Sequence record: MN794232.1
Length of the DNA stretch: 64,000 nt
Strand: one strand, 5' to 3'
The position numbers and the translations under genes are program-made. Below, piece after piece: positions 35,342 to 44,251 of this stretch. The notes below the pieces were generated by a model that did no database searches, had not been told where the DNA came from, and was given only the letters and a program-made list of their open reading frames with translations. Each line of letters opens with the position of its first letter. The stretch's first letter is position 1.

Positions 35342-35571
35342 ATATAAACGATGTAATGATCTCGCACGAGCAAATCATGAAGTCATTGCATCGTGTCATA
35401 GAAAGTCGCACTGATAATCGCGTTGTCGAAATCACTTACGATAAAGACAAACTGTATTTCATTGTGACTCTAAGCTCATCCGATGCCGTTGCTGATGAAA
35501 TCTATCAATGGAACATGAAAGTCACCAACGAAACAATAGACAATCAAATGCACATGGAGAAGTTCAGATGA
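35338..35571 (+). CDS. Small protein (paralogue set A)
   Basis: VMISHEQIMKSLHRVI. Confidence 0.7.
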   Translation: MNINDVMISHEQIMKSLHRVIESRTDNRVVEITYDKDKLYFIVTLSSSDAVADEIYQWNMKVTNETIDNQMHMEKFR

Positions 35572-35741
35572 AACTACCAGAATACTTGAGCCACGTTACT
35601 GTAAAAGAAAACGTAATCACTATCGACTCAGCGCGAGATAAAGCATTGGTCGTCGATTATCTAACATCAATCAAAGCACGCTTCCATATTGTCCAAACAA
35701 CTGTTAGCCGCTGCGAAATCCACGTGAAGAGAACATCATGA
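35568..35741 (+). CDS. Hypothetical protein
   Basis: ATGA overlaps at both ends. Confidence 0.6.
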   Translation: MKLPEYLSHVTVKENVITIDSARDKALVVDYLTSIKARFHIVQTTVSRCEIHVKRTS

Positions 35742-36067
35742 AAGAACTACTGAACACACTATCTAAAACTGAAATCGAAATCGCTAAACAGTTCGGTCTC
35801 GACCATCTATGGCACGGACTAGTAGACTGTACTAATAGCGTATTCGCTGCCGATAACGAAGATCTACTAAAAGCACGTGACTTCCAATACGCTGATACAG
35901 AGAAAGCAATCACAGAAGGCGACTGTTATGGCATTGAAGTATACGGCACGAGCGTATGGCTATCAACTGATGGCAAATACGTATTGACTGTAGCTGATGA
36001 CGGCTGTGGCAATCGAGACTTCTATATCTTCGATGCGTCTAAGCACTCAGATTGCGAAATGTACTAA
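35738..36067 (+). CDS. Hypothetical protein
   Basis: 109 aa. Confidence 0.7.
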   Translation: MKELLNTLSKTEIEIAKQFGLDHLWHGLVDCTNSVFAADNEDLLKARDFQYADTEKAITEGDCYGIEVYGTSVWLSTDGKYVLTVADDGCGNRDFYIFDASKHSDCEMY

Positions 36068-36076
36068 AAACAAATA

Positions 36077-36148
36077 AAAAGGGTTGACAGATGTCAGCCC
36101 TTTTCTGTATTATACAACTACTGAAACGAAACAAGGAAAATCATTATG
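36077..36148 (+). promoter_or_regulatory. Early promoter stem-loop cassette
   Basis: AAAAGGGTTGAC...GTCAGCCCTTTT hairpin holding TTGACA; TATTAT; GAAACGAAACAAGGA leader. Confidence 0.75.
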
Positions 36149-36337
36149 ACTACAGTAATTCTATTAGGCGCAGTAATGTTCATCATTCTATTACTCGTGC
36201 TCGTAAACGAAATGCGCCCGTTCATGTCAGAAGAAAACAAAACTATGATGCTGACGTTCGCCGTAGCTATCAGCTTAATCAATCTGTCCTTTATCGTGAA
36301 GTACGCAAGCTTCTTCCAATTACTACTGGAGAAATAA
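36146..36337 (+). CDS. Small membrane protein
   Basis: Two hydrophobic helices. Confidence 0.65.
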   Translation: MTTVILLGAVMFIILLLVLVNEMRPFMSEENKTMMLTFAVAISLINLSFIVKYASFFQLLLEK

Positions 36338-36340
36338 ATC

Positions 36341-36496
36341 ATGACACTAACCGCTATGCTATTGACATTACTATGCTGTGCAATACTAACTGGCATTAGT
36401 ATCTTCAGCTTCATCAACAAACCCGGATTCTTTAGCTTACTGTTCGCATTAGTATTCGGCACTGTCTCTTATGTTATGCTAATGGCTATCGTATGA
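36341..36496 (+). CDS. Small membrane protein (51 aa)
   Basis: GGAG RBS; two hydrophobic helices. Confidence 0.6.
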   Translation: MTLTAMLLTLLCCAILTGISIFSFINKPGFFSLLFALVFGTVSYVMLMAIV

Positions 36497-36828
36497 GCGC
36501 AATACTATTAATGAAAATCGGTATATCTCTAATGATATTCGGCATTGCGCTACTCGTGCTCGGCAATATCACTATATGGTATCTTAAACGTAGAGAGAAA
36601 ACTATGACACAAACAACTCAATCAATCCGCGCTGTCTGTATCGACAATCAATCAAATCGTATAGACAAGCCAGAACCACCTACTGGCTTAACAGAAGGCA
36701 AAGAGTATGTCGTTCACATGTATAACGTAAACGAACATATCAACAAACCACCTATGATTCGTATCACTAACGATCTAGGTCAACGCGCAAGCTATGTCGC
36801 TTCTCGATTCAATCTAATAGTAGGATAA
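36493..36828 (+). CDS. Membrane-anchored protein (an internal start at about 36604 is possible)
   Basis: N-terminal TM; C-part VCIDN...GLTEGKEY.V. Confidence 0.6.
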   Translation: MSAILLMKIGISLMIFGIALLVLGNITIWYLKRREKTMTQTTQSIRAVCIDNQSNRIDKPEPPTGLTEGKEYVVHMYNVNEHINKPPMIRITNDLGQRASYVASRFNLIVG

Positions 36829-36831
36829 AAC

Positions 36832-36999
36832 ATGTTCGCACTATCACTCTTAATGCTTATTCTCGTTGTATATCTGTTTGTAACCGATAAAACAAAACGC
36901 ACAGTTCCTTTCATGATACTGCTAACAGCAACTGCGTTTAACTCTATCATACAGTATTACCTCATGGATATTCTCTCATTGAGCGTTAGTCTATCGTAA
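36832..36999 (+). CDS. Small membrane protein (55 aa)
   Basis: AGGA RBS; two hydrophobic helices. Confidence 0.55.
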   Translation: MFALSLLMLILVVYLFVTDKTKRTVPFMILLTATAFNSIIQYYLMDILSLSVSLS

Positions 37000-37396
37000 T
37001 AGCTTCTATCAGATAGTAGCTCAAAACCGCTTAGAATGCGATTCAGAGCGTGTCAGAGCATAGTGCAGATACAACTGTTTTTAATATATCGTACCATGCC
37101 TCGTTAAAATCATCTTGGTAAGGAAAACCGTGTAAAAAGCCAGTTGGTCAGATACGGTAAGTTACTGAAAAAACTTCGGAAATACACGTTTTTAAGCGGT
37201 TGAAAGACTATGCTGCAACACGTGTGTAATATAGTGAAAAAATCGGTGAACCCTCATCGGCTCCTGTGTAGTAAAATGCAGTTGCGGATGGTACTCGCCT
37301 TATGAAAATCTTAATCGCTTCGCATCTTTCCGATTGACAGCCAATGCCATCCTGTGAGAGAATGAGAAGAGATTTGAACCGCCGACGGAGGTAATT
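37000..37396. other. Gene-free gap at a G/C skew inversion; candidate replication origin
   Basis: Largest non-coding stretch in the window; C>G to the left and G>C to the right with the same coding strand; 9-bp inverted pair at 37025 and 37193. Confidence 0.5.
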
Positions 37397-37543
37397 GTGA
37401 TTACATTGGCGTTATTTTATATGAGTCGCGACATGCAATACAGTGAGCGACCAAGTGACTTGTATCTCGGTACATGTATTTTAGACTTTGCATTAATCAT
37501 TACGTTGTTCTGTGGTGTAATGATGTTCACGGGGAATTGGTAA
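37397..37543 (+). CDS. Small membrane protein (48 aa, GTG start)
   Basis: GGAGG RBS; TTGACA at 37334 upstream. Confidence 0.55.
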   Translation: MITLALFYMSRDMQYSERPSDLYLGTCILDFALIITLFCGVMMFTGNW

Positions 37544-37851
37544 TGAGACGATTTAAACTTGGTAATCTCTTACGTGGTGGCTTTGCTGGTGAGTTTGAGA
37601 CGATAGAAGAAGCATGGGAGCAGCTTGGTTCACGCTTTCTACTGTCATTTCCGTGTGATGCATGGTCAAAAGAGCGTGGTGTTTACATCAATGAAGACGG
37701 TGGTCGCCATGTTTACATGTATGTAAAAGAAGAGAACAAGTATGGTCAGCTTGATTGGGCTCTGTGTAAAGGTGATGTGTTTTATATGAAAGACCGTGTG
37801 CCGGTTACTGCTGACGATTATGAATACTGTCGTGATGCTGAATTTTTCTAA
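37543..37851 (+). CDS. Hypothetical protein
   Basis: TAATG coupling; starts MRRFKLG. Confidence 0.7.
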   Translation: MRRFKLGNLLRGGFAGEFETIEEAWEQLGSRFLLSFPCDAWSKERGVYINEDGGRHVYMYVKEENKYGQLDWALCKGDVFYMKDRVPVTADDYEYCRDAEFF

Positions 37852-37860
37852 GGGTTAAAG

Positions 37861-38466
37861 ATGAAAAGAGTTGAGTTACACAAGAAAGTGGTAGACAAGC
37901 AAGCTGTTCTGCCAGATCATTCCCATGTACAAGTTGAGACGTATTACCACACGTACAAGGGTTACATGAATTATCTAACTGGTTTGCGTGGTGTAGAAGG
38001 TGATCAGTATCTACTTGTTACAGATGATGGTCGTTTTGTTCGAGTAGAAGAGAAACATCTAAACGGTCAAGAGCAGAAACAGCGCAAGATCAGTGGTGGT
38101 TTAATTGATGTACGAGCGCGACTGGGGTTGAGTGGTAAAGATCCAGATTGGTATGACTGTATCTGGCGTAATGGTAAGATTGTTTACAAGTACCGCGAGA
38201 CAGATTTCGTTACTGAAGAACATGAGCTAGTGGTTGGTGAGATAGTAGACATTTATGAGTCTAACGACTTTAATGGTGATTATCCGCATGATGCTACAGT
38301 GGTGTTATCTCGACCGAAGCAGATGGTGCTTGAAGCGTATGGTAAACTAGTAGTGTTTACAGTGCCGAAAGAGCCATGTGGTGATAGTTTAGTCTCTGAC
38401 TGTGGTGATTATCGTATTGCTGGTAATTACGCCGCGAGTGAATACGACGAAGAACTGCATTCGTAG
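37861..38466 (+). CDS. Hypothetical protein
   Basis: 201 aa. Confidence 0.75.
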   Translation: MKRVELHKKVVDKQAVLPDHSHVQVETYYHTYKGYMNYLTGLRGVEGDQYLLVTDDGRFVRVEEKHLNGQEQKQRKISGGLIDVRARLGLSGKDPDWYDCIWRNGKIVYKYRETDFVTEEHELVVGEIVDIYESNDFNGDYPHDATVVLSRPKQMVLEAYGKLVVFTVPKEPCGDSLVSDCGDYRIAGNYAASEYDEELHS

Positions 38467-38469
38467 TAG

Positions 38470-38505
38470 AAAGGGTTGACGCTTGTCAGCCCTTTTTTGT
38501 ATCAT
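38470..38505 (+). promoter_or_regulatory. Early promoter stem-loop cassette
   Basis: AAAGGGTTGAC-gctt-GTCAGCCCTTT with TTGACG and TATCAT. Confidence 0.75.
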
Positions 38506-38525
38506 ACGGGTTTTAGGAGAAGATT

Positions 38526-39569
38526 ATGGCTAGAATTAAATGGACACTTGAGTTAATAAAAGAAGACGCTTTAAAGTACAAGACTCGTGGTGAATGGCAG
38601 AAGAAGTCCATTAGTGGTTATACTGCTGCTCGACGACGTGATGTGATTGATGAGTGTTGTGCTCATATGACAGATGTAAAGAAGCCGAGTGGTTATTGGA
38701 CAATCGAACGTCTTAAAGAAGATGCATTGAAATACAAGACTCGCAGTGAATGGTTCGAGAAATCTAGTGGTTATTTGACTGCTCGTTCGCGTGGATTGAT
38801 TGATGAGTGTTGTGCTCATATGACAGAACATACAAAGCCGAATGGTTATTGGACAATCGAACGTCTTAAAGAAGATGCATTGAAATACAAGACTCGTAGT
38901 GAATGGGCCAAGAAATCTAGTGGCGCTTATGATGCTGCCCTACGTCATGATATGCTTGATGACTGTTGTGGTCATATGAAGACAGATGTCAAGAATTTAT
39001 CAAAGCGTTGCATATACCGTATCTATTCTGGTAATGAGATTTACATTGGGTTGACGTATAACGCGGATAGACGATTCGACGAGCATCGTAAGGGGACGCC
39101 ACAGATTGTAGATTTAATAGAGCGAGTTGGTATTGAGAATGTGATTTTCGAGCGATTGACTGACTACATAGAACCAGTACTTGCTCAGATTGCAGAGAAA
39201 GAACACATCGAGCACTATGAAAGTGAAGGTTGGGTTATTTTGAATCGTGCCAAGGGTGGTAGTCTTGGTGGTGATAGATTGCATTGGACAACTGAACGTA
39301 TTAAAGAAGATGCGTTGAAGTACAAGACTCGTAATGAATGGAAGAATAAATCTAGTGGTTATGGTGCTGCCGGAAGACGTGGTATAATTGATGAATGTTG
39401 TTCTCATATGCCCGCAAAGTATAAATGGACACTTGAGTTAATAAAAGAAGACGCTTTAAAGTACAATACTCACAATGAATGGCAGAAGAACTCTGGTGGT
39501 TATGATGCTGCTCGAAGACGTGGTATACTTGATGAGTGTTGTGCTCATATGCCAAAACGAGCCAAGTGA
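38526..39569 (+). CDS. GIY-YIG endonuclease flanked by five ~47-51-aa repeats
   Basis: Central CIYRI...IYIGLT...RRFDEH; WT.E..KEDALKY.T..EW...DECC.HM three times before and twice after. Confidence 0.82.
   Translation: MARIKWTLELIKEDALKYKTRGEWQKKSISGYTAARRRDVIDECCAHMTDVKKPSGYWTIERLKEDALKYKTRSEWFEKSSGYLTARSRGLIDECCAHMTEHTKPNGYWTIERLKEDALKYKTRSEWAKKSSGAYDAALRHDMLDDCCGHMKTDVKNLSKRCIYRIYSGNEIYIGLTYNADRRFDEHRKGTPQIVDLIERVGIENVIFERLTDYIEPVLAQIAEKEHIEHYESEGWVILNRAKGGSLGGDRLHWTTERIKEDALKYKTRNEWKNKSSGYGAAGRRGIIDECCSHMPAKYKWTLELIKEDALKYNTHNEWQKNSGGYDAARRRGILDECCAHMPKRAK
38691..38896 (+). repeat. 53-bp identical direct repeats 153 bp apart inside the endonuclease gene
   Basis: 38691-38743 equals 38844-38896; also 45 bp at 38537-38581 equals 39422-39466. 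Confidence 0.85.
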
Positions 39570-39582
39570 AAATAATTGAAGA

Positions 39583-39659
39583 AAGTGGTTGCACGGGGTA
39601 GCCACTTACTGTATTATCTCTATATCGAAACGACATCGACTAACAGAGAGAACATTATG
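39583..39659 (+). promoter_or_regulatory. Early promoter cassette
   Basis: TTGCAC-17 bp-TATTAT inside an AAGTGGTT/AGCCACTT hairpin; 35 nt identical to 40377-40411. Confidence 0.78.
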
Positions 39660-39938
39660 TTTAACCAAGTAGAAAGCAAAATCTGTGAATTCAAGACACG
39701 CATCGAAGCTAACGAAGAGCCGACTATCGTATGGCCCGAGTTAGCCGAGTACATCGAATCGCTATTGAAATTCGCTGGTGTTACTATTGGTTGGGGTGAT
39801 TTCAATGAAATGATTATTGAACATATCTCTAGCTGGGAAGATGTATCGTGGGAATACACTGAAGCGCGTTACCAGCCAAACAACATTGAGCTTGTGAAGT
39901 CTATTCTATTGCCATTTGCAGTGTTCAAAAACTACTAA
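39657..39938 (+). CDS. Hypothetical early protein
   Basis: GAGAGAACATTATG start. Confidence 0.75.
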   Translation: MFNQVESKICEFKTRIEANEEPTIVWPELAEYIESLLKFAGVTIGWGDFNEMIIEHISSWEDVSWEYTEARYQPNNIELVKSILLPFAVFKNY

Positions 39939-39961
39939 TTCGCCAAAAAAGAGAGAAAATT

Positions 39962-40351
39962 ATGCAAAATAACACCGAAATTCGCCGTGTAATCAGCGAA
40001 AAAGCACTTGAATTACGTCAAAACACCGAGATTTTGAGTGATGACGACTCTTACACGTGTCATATTCTTGAAGATCACGTTGCTGACACGCTTGGCGAGC
40101 ATTGTCGCTTAGAAAGTATGCTTCTCATTCATGAGCTAGGTATTGCTTTTTGTAAGCATGTACGCGCTGAGCCAGAAGCTGTTTTCGGTCGTGAATTGAA
40201 CTCAACCGTGCTTGAATACATCGACGAGATACTTACACACAAGCTTACTGCATTTGTACATAGCATTTCGCGTGCATTTGGCGATGACGAAGGTATTGAG
40301 TTTGCAGATGTGCGTAAAGCATGGTTAAAATTCTTGATTAATTCACTATAA
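39962..40351 (+). CDS. Hypothetical protein (paralogue set B)
   Basis: C-terminal FVHSISR...RKAWLKFL. Confidence 0.75.
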   Translation: MQNNTEIRRVISEKALELRQNTEILSDDDSYTCHILEDHVADTLGEHCRLESMLLIHELGIAFCKHVRAEPEAVFGRELNSTVLEYIDEILTHKLTAFVHSISRAFGDDEGIEFADVRKAWLKFLINSL

Positions 40352-40360
40352 AGTGCAAAA

Positions 40361-40430
40361 AAGTGGTTGCGTGCTGTAGCCACTTACTGTATTATCTCTA
40401 TATCGAAACGAGATAAGAGAGAACATTATG
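40361..40430 (+). promoter_or_regulatory. Early promoter cassette
   Basis: TTGCGT-17 bp-TATTAT, then ATCGAAACGA...GAGAGAACATTATG. Confidence 0.78.
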
Positions 40431-40676
40431 AACTTAATCACACGCAGCAAAATCAACCACGATTCACTTTGGCTTAAAATCATTGCTGCCGACAAGAGCG
40501 AAGTAAAGCTTTTCATCGGTCGTACTGGTGTAAAAATCAGTCACAAAACGACTGCTGCTTCAGCTACTGTTATTCGTGATGTTGCGAACAACGTCAACAA
40601 AATGTTCAATGAGCTATACAAGAGTGGTTTGCCTTACGGTCAAATCATTGAGAAAATCGAAGCCGCTTACAAATAA
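40428..40676 (+). CDS. Hypothetical early protein
   Basis: 82 aa. Confidence 0.75.
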   Translation: MNLITRSKINHDSLWLKIIAADKSEVKLFIGRTGVKISHKTTAASATVIRDVANNVNKMFNELYKSGLPYGQIIEKIEAAYK

Positions 40677-40687
40677 GGGATAAAAAT

Positions 40688-41101
40688 ATGTCTTACAATA
40701 TCGTGCCAGTTATTAAGAAAACAGCTCTAGCCATGTCTGAAGACGATTCACTCTTACGTGACACGTTCGCGTATAGCTGCTGTGTCGTCTGTGATAAAGC
40801 AGCACTTGAAATCGACGATGAACTGGCAGAGAGTGATTATGCCGTAATCTGGACAAAGTGCAATCGCTTTGTTGAAAAAGCAGGTGAAGCGTTCTTGCGT
40901 CGAGTAATTGCCGATACCAAGTCTGTCCTTGGCTTTGATATACCGCAATTGGTTAAAAACGAGATTCTAGAAGATCTTGAATACGATATGGTTGGTGCTT
41001 TTGTTCATACACTAGCGCGTTCATACGAGCCGTTGAATGAAGAGCATTTTGTACTTGCTCGTAAAGCATGGCTGACATTCTTGGCAAACTACGAGGGTTA
41101 G
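40688..41101 (+). CDS. Hypothetical protein (paralogue set B)
   Basis: C-terminal FVHTLAR...RKAWLTFL. Confidence 0.75.
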   Translation: MSYNIVPVIKKTALAMSEDDSLLRDTFAYSCCVVCDKAALEIDDELAESDYAVIWTKCNRFVEKAGEAFLRRVIADTKSVLGFDIPQLVKNEILEDLEYDMVGAFVHTLARSYEPLNEEHFVLARKAWLTFLANYEG

Positions 41102-41104
41102 AAA

Positions 41105-41452
41105 ATGACTTTAGAAGAATTAGCAGTAGACCATCCGTATTACTGTGCTGACTGTAATTACTACAGTAACGAAGCTGGTGCAACTTACGACACAATGAAA
41201 GAGTTTTTAGACGAGTTCGAAGACGCTGACGTTGACTACAACCTTGTTTTTCGTTGGGATGTAAAGCCGATTCTAGACGACAACGACAAGCCAACTGGTG
41301 AGTTTTACGCTGAAGTCTTTATCATGCAGCAACGCAAAGGTATTTTCGCGCCGTTTTACATTCGTTCTATTACGGAAGATGACGTGCCGCGTTTTGTCGA
41401 GTACTTGAAGCCGCATAAAGAACGCCTTGAAGAAATCTGGATGCCGCTATGA
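41105..41452 (+). CDS. Hypothetical protein
   Basis: 115 aa; HPYYC...DYNLVFRWD. Confidence 0.75.
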   Translation: MTLEELAVDHPYYCADCNYYSNEAGATYDTMKEFLDEFEDADVDYNLVFRWDVKPILDDNDKPTGEFYAEVFIMQQRKGIFAPFYIRSITEDDVPRFVEYLKPHKERLEEIWMPL

Positions 41453-41697
41453 TTCTGAATATCTTAATGTGGTACTTCGGGATTGCACTTGTGTACTTTC
41501 TTTACTGTGAAGCACACGACTGGATTTTGTACTTCAAGAACGGTCGTCGTGCAGACAACAAGTTCCCGATTACACACTCTGGCACTCATACGCTTTATTT
41601 GTTTATGGGTTTATTATGGTTCCCTTTGATGTTACTCTTGTTAAAGTGTGAACTTGAACAGCGTTTTAAAATGGTGAAACTATGGCTGAAGAAGTAA
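41449..41697 (+). CDS. Small membrane protein
   Basis: Two hydrophobic segments. Confidence 0.65.
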   Translation: MILNILMWYFGIALVYFLYCEAHDWILYFKNGRRADNKFPITHSGTHTLYLFMGLLWFPLMLLLLKCELEQRFKMVKLWLKK

Positions 41698-41993
41698 AAG
41701 ACTATGATCGCGCTGTTGTCGTGATCAACTATAAGAGTGGTAGAGCCGTTGCTTTTTGGGTTTATCGCTTTGAATACGAACAAGCTATGCGCGGTGCGTC
41801 TCTTACATGGCAAGGCGCGCATGATCCGCTTGATTCAGAAGAGAGTAATGAACTACGTGAGCGTTTAGCACGTCAGAACATTGCATTGTTAGAAGACCCG
41901 GTTAAACTCGCTACCGACGTTTCAGACATTGAAAGCGTATGGGTAGCAGAGCGTTATCTAGGTCAAGATGGGGAAATTCCAGAAGATGAGTGA
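41682..41993 (+). CDS. Hypothetical protein
   Basis: 103 aa. Confidence 0.7.
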   Translation: MAEEVKDYDRAVVVINYKSGRAVAFWVYRFEYEQAMRGASLTWQGAHDPLDSEESNELRERLARQNIALLEDPVKLATDVSDIESVWVAERYLGQDGEIPEDE

Positions 41994-42216
41994 TTTCATT
42001 GCAGGTATTGTCGGCGTTTTCGTCGTACTTTTCATGGCAATTGTCGGTCTAGTGTGGTCGATTATTGAGTTTATCATCGGTGTGCTTGTGCTACTAGGGG
42101 CAGTAGTAGTGGGTATTATCGCGACTGTACTAGGCGCTGCAATTGCAACGATTGCATGGCCATTTGTAGAAGCGCGAAAAGCTTACAAAGAACACCGTCG
42201 CAAGAAAGATGATTAA
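41986..42216 (+). CDS. Small membrane protein
   Basis: Long hydrophobic stretch and basic tail. Confidence 0.65.
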   Translation: MSDFIAGIVGVFVVLFMAIVGLVWSIIEFIIGVLVLLGAVVVGIIATVLGAAIATIAWPFVEARKAYKEHRRKKDD

Positions 42217-42529
42217 TCTAAGATCATTGCTTGCCAGAGTCAAACAAGAACGTGATGGTCCCGTAATGGATGAATGTCGCTGTACTGTATGTCATAAAGA
42301 CTTTGCAGTTGCAGATTGTATTCATGATTACGGGCATCATGACGGTTGGGAAATGCCGCCTTATACTGAAATTCAATGTCCCGAATGTGAATGTGGCGGT
42401 TGTATTGAAGATTTCTGGTCTAGCGATAAAGCCGTTCTTGAATACGGTGAATATCTACAAGAGCACGAGCCAACGCGATTTGAAGAATACAAGTCGTATT
42501 TCCCCGATGTGTATGGAGAGACAAAATGA
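42209..42529 (+). CDS. Zn-ribbon-like protein
   Basis: CTVC...CPEC. Confidence 0.65.
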   Translation: MINLRSLLARVKQERDGPVMDECRCTVCHKDFAVADCIHDYGHHDGWEMPPYTEIQCPECECGGCIEDFWSSDKAVLEYGEYLQEHEPTRFEEYKSYFPDVYGETK

Positions 42530-42960
42530 TTTACCGTTTCTGGAAAACACCCGATAATATCTGTCTTATTGAAATGACAGACGACCGCGCCAACGAAGGC
42601 ACACGAGCTTACATGACTGATATGCATGATCTGTACGAAGAAGAACACGGTCGTTATATGCTGCTCGGTCACGTTCATTCTTGGGGTACGGTTGATTTCA
42701 CTACTTACGATATTCGTGAGTTACGTTGTCTCGGCTCGATTGAAACTGAAGAACTGACGCTTTCGGCACAAGATAAATCGGTCTTGTCTCGAACGGTTGG
42801 TAAAGAAGGGTTCGATTACGCCATGTTGCATTACAGCGATTATCAGTCTGTAGAGTATAATGTCGTCGAGTCAAGAGAGTTTCACGCATTGAGAAACAAC
42901 TTGATTAACGCACGAACTGAACTCGAAACGTGGTTACAGCTACAAGGGATAGTAGAATGA
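42526..42960 (+). CDS. Hypothetical protein
   Basis: 144 aa. Confidence 0.7.
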   Translation: MIYRFWKTPDNICLIEMTDDRANEGTRAYMTDMHDLYEEEHGRYMLLGHVHSWGTVDFTTYDIRELRCLGSIETEELTLSAQDKSVLSRTVGKEGFDYAMLHYSDYQSVEYNVVESREFHALRNNLINARTELETWLQLQGIVE

Positions 42961-43142
42961 ACGTAGGTGATGTTGTTAAAGTCACTGCTGCGCCAGCTAG
43001 TCGTTATCACAATATCGACGGTCAGCCAGTGACTATAATCGCCATTACTGAACATGACAACAAGCCGTTGTACGTGTTCTTTCATGGTGGTCAGAACGGC
43101 ACTGGTTATGGTGCAATGCAAGAACACGGGTTTAAACGATGA
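42957..43142 (+). CDS. Small KOW/SH3-like protein
   Basis: MNVGDVVKV...G..VTI. Confidence 0.6.
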   Translation: MNVGDVVKVTAAPASRYHNIDGQPVTIIAITEHDNKPLYVFFHGGQNGTGYGAMQEHGFKR

Positions 43143-43294
43143 ACAAAATGTACGCCGTCCGTTCTTCTCTATACGGGTTGTTATGGAAAGTCGTTATCTT
43201 CGCGGACAACTACGACCGCAGAACTGTTTCATATCATTTCACTTACAACGGGGCTTATGAGCTTTGTCGTAAGCTAAACGAGGGTAGACAATGA
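43139..43294 (+). CDS. Hypothetical protein (51 aa)
   Basis: ATGA overlaps at both ends. Confidence 0.55.
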   Translation: MNKMYAVRSSLYGLLWKVVIFADNYDRRTVSYHFTYNGAYELCRKLNEGRQ

Positions 43295-43758
43295 TACGAG
43301 CACAGCAAGTTTCTCTAGACATTGACCAATGGCTTGAATATGCTTTGCAGAAATTCGAAGACGCGAAATCGCAATATCTCAAAGCCGTTGCTAAAGCGAA
43401 TGCATTCTCATGGGAGAAAGAAGAACCAGTTCTGGTGAAAACGTTCTTCATGGAATACGGCGGTGAAAGCGATCCTCGTTATCTGCTTGAGTTCTGGTCT
43501 GAAGTCAATGCATATATTGACGAGCACACGAGCGACAACTGGCAGTTTTGCTATATTGAAGAAAACGAGTATGACGCCAACGATGACCCGTATGAAGATT
43601 ATGAAATGCTATCGACTTCTATTGCAGTATATGCAACGGTCAAAGGCGACGATTACACGCAGTCTGAAGAGTATCGAGCATTGAAAGATGACGTTGATCT
43701 CTGTCTAGAGCATCTATTAGAATGCAAGGAAAATTTCAAACGGGAGTTTAACAAATGA
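43291..43758 (+). CDS. Hypothetical acidic protein
   Basis: 155 aa; GAGG RBS. Confidence 0.7.
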   Translation: MIRAQQVSLDIDQWLEYALQKFEDAKSQYLKAVAKANAFSWEKEEPVLVKTFFMEYGGESDPRYLLEFWSEVNAYIDEHTSDNWQFCYIEENEYDANDDPYEDYEMLSTSIAVYATVKGDDYTQSEEYRALKDDVDLCLEHLLECKENFKREFNK

Positions 43759-44081
43759 GCCAAATGGAATACAATAAAGGCGTATTGCATCCAACTAGCA
43801 AGTCGATTGAAGAACTGGCTGAAGAGCTTGTGACAGATTTACCAAGCTATTACGATTCTAAAGTCGAATATCTCTTGGATAATCACGTCGATTATGGGCT
43901 AGTTTTGGTTTGTGACAAGCCTTACACTGTCACTTTTGAAGCCGAACGCGAAGACCTATATCATCTTGCACGTGCTGACGTTCAAGAAAACGGTGATATT
44001 CATTTCGAGACGTATCACTATAACGGTGGTGCTCATTGGACTGAAGTAGTAGAAGATGCATTACGTGAGGTTAAGCAATGA
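43755..44081 (+). CDS. Hypothetical protein
   Basis: 108 aa; YNGG..WTE. Confidence 0.72.
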   Translation: MSQMEYNKGVLHPTSKSIEELAEELVTDLPSYYDSKVEYLLDNHVDYGLVLVCDKPYTVTFEAEREDLYHLARADVQENGDIHFETYHYNGGAHWTEVVEDALREVKQ

Positions 44082-44251
44082 TCATTCTTGAGTTTATTTT
44101 TACGCTATTAGCCGCATACGCAGGGAACTACATCGGTCGTTATATCTCGGTGAATAATGGTACATACACGAAGGCAGATCCATTTGCGTTTGAAAATCTC
44201 AATCACGAAGTCAATTGGGTTCTGGCGATTGTACTAATGGTGATTATCTAA
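44078..44251 (+). CDS. Small membrane protein (57 aa)
   Basis: ATGA overlap at start; TAATG coupling to tk. Confidence 0.6.
   Translation: MIILEFIFTLLAAYAGNYIGRYISVNNGTYTKADPFAFENLNHEVNWVLAIVLMVII

Noticed and set aside
23317-39569. Group I introns hosting either GIY-YIG gene
   Set aside because: No interrupted host gene on either side, no recognisable intron core, and each gene has its own promoter.
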